Shown here in pieces: positions 63,755 to 64,000 of a stretch of 64,000 nucleotides of DNA. Origin of the DNA: Gammaproteobacteria bacterium (GTDB taxonomy: Bacteria; Pseudomonadota; Gammaproteobacteria; Eutrophobiales; Eutrophobiaceae); assembly GCA_965221455.1 (NCBI GenBank), contig OZ244890.1, positions 283,031 through 347,030 of the forward strand, written 5' to 3'. Position 1 is the stretch's first letter. The number at the start of each line of letters is the position of its first letter. The position numbers and the translations under genes are program-made. The notes beneath the pieces were generated by a model. The model did not search any database. It saw nothing but the letters and a program-made list of their open reading frames with translations, and was not told the DNA's origin.

Positions 63755-64000
63755 TTAAATTTGCTTCCGTTGACGCTGAGCCTCATATAAACAAATGCCG
63801 GCGGCAACTGAAATATTCAGACTTTCGACGGTACCTGTCATGGGAATACTTACCAGCCTGTCACAGTGTTTACGAGTGTTCTGTCGAAGTCCCTGACCTT
63901 CAGAACCCATTACCAAAGCAATCGCTGATGTAATATCTTGTTCATAAATAGTACTCTCAGCCTCATTATCGGTACCTAAAACCCAGATACCGGCATCTTG
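63755..64000 (-). CDS. rlmB: 23S rRNA (guanosine-2'-O)-methyltransferase RlmB (SpoU/TrmH family), C-terminal 81 codons; gene continues beyond window end
   Basis: Minus-strand translation gives ...QDAGIWVLGTDNEAESTIYEQDITSAIALVMGSEGQGLRQNTRKHCDRLVSIPMTGTVESLNISVAAGICLYEAQRQRKQI*, the SPOUT motif-III/IV region. Confidence 0.75.
   Translation of the reverse strand, partial: QDAGIWVLGTDNEAESTIYEQDITSAIALVMGSEGQGLRQNTRKHCDRLVSIPMTGTVESLNISVAAGICLYEAQRQRKQI

Overview
This looks like a gammaproteobacterial chromosomal segment with an AT-rich backbone (AT-ending codons).

- **1–16.8 kb, minus strand:** the conserved translation/transcription block. In transcription order it runs tRNA-Tyr, tRNA-Gly, tRNA-Thr, tuf, tRNA-Trp, secE, nusG, rplK, rplA, rplJ, rplL, rpoB, rpoC, rpsL, rpsG, then the 5' part of fusA, which runs off the window start.
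- **16.8–32.4 kb:** tsaC, topA, a decayed smg remnant, dprA and a LysM protein on the minus strand. Divergent from these are def and fmt, followed directly by a DUF4390-like gene, an ntrY-like kinase and an ntrX-like regulator (no rsmB). Then come trkA, trkH, a TehB-like methyltransferase and a small TPR protein.
- **32.4–51.5 kb, the main finding:** a sharply GC-rich, GC3-rich island of about 19 kb. It consists of three tandem, same-strand paralogous giant genes. Their ATG-initiated ORFs are 1877–1985 aa; the likely mature proteins are about 1750–1910 aa.
  - Each encodes a secreted protein built from roughly 9–16 near-identical ~110-aa beta-sandwich repeats (Calx-beta/cadherin-like) joined by cadherin-like DxNDN/DDDE acidic linkers. 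Each ends in a tandem pair of dockerin-type calcium-binding repeats.
  - Two of the three carry a shared ~750-aa Cys-containing N-terminal region plus two Ig-like modules.
  - The copies are mosaics of one another, consistent with gene conversion.
  - A (GTGGTGC)x8 heptanucleotide repeat sits at the leader/promoter of one copy only.
- **51.5–64 kb:** ampE–ampD; then an egtC-like/egtB-like pair plus a Na+/alanine symporter lying between ampD and nadC; nadC; a Sel1-repeat protein with two SPOR domains created by a 453-bp near-perfect internal duplication; two overlapping paralogous unknown proteins; a TonB-dependent receptor; and the 3' end of rlmB.

No integrase, transposase, CRISPR array or rRNA was seen. 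The many + strand ORFs listed inside the giant genes are antisense artefacts of GC-rich repeats.
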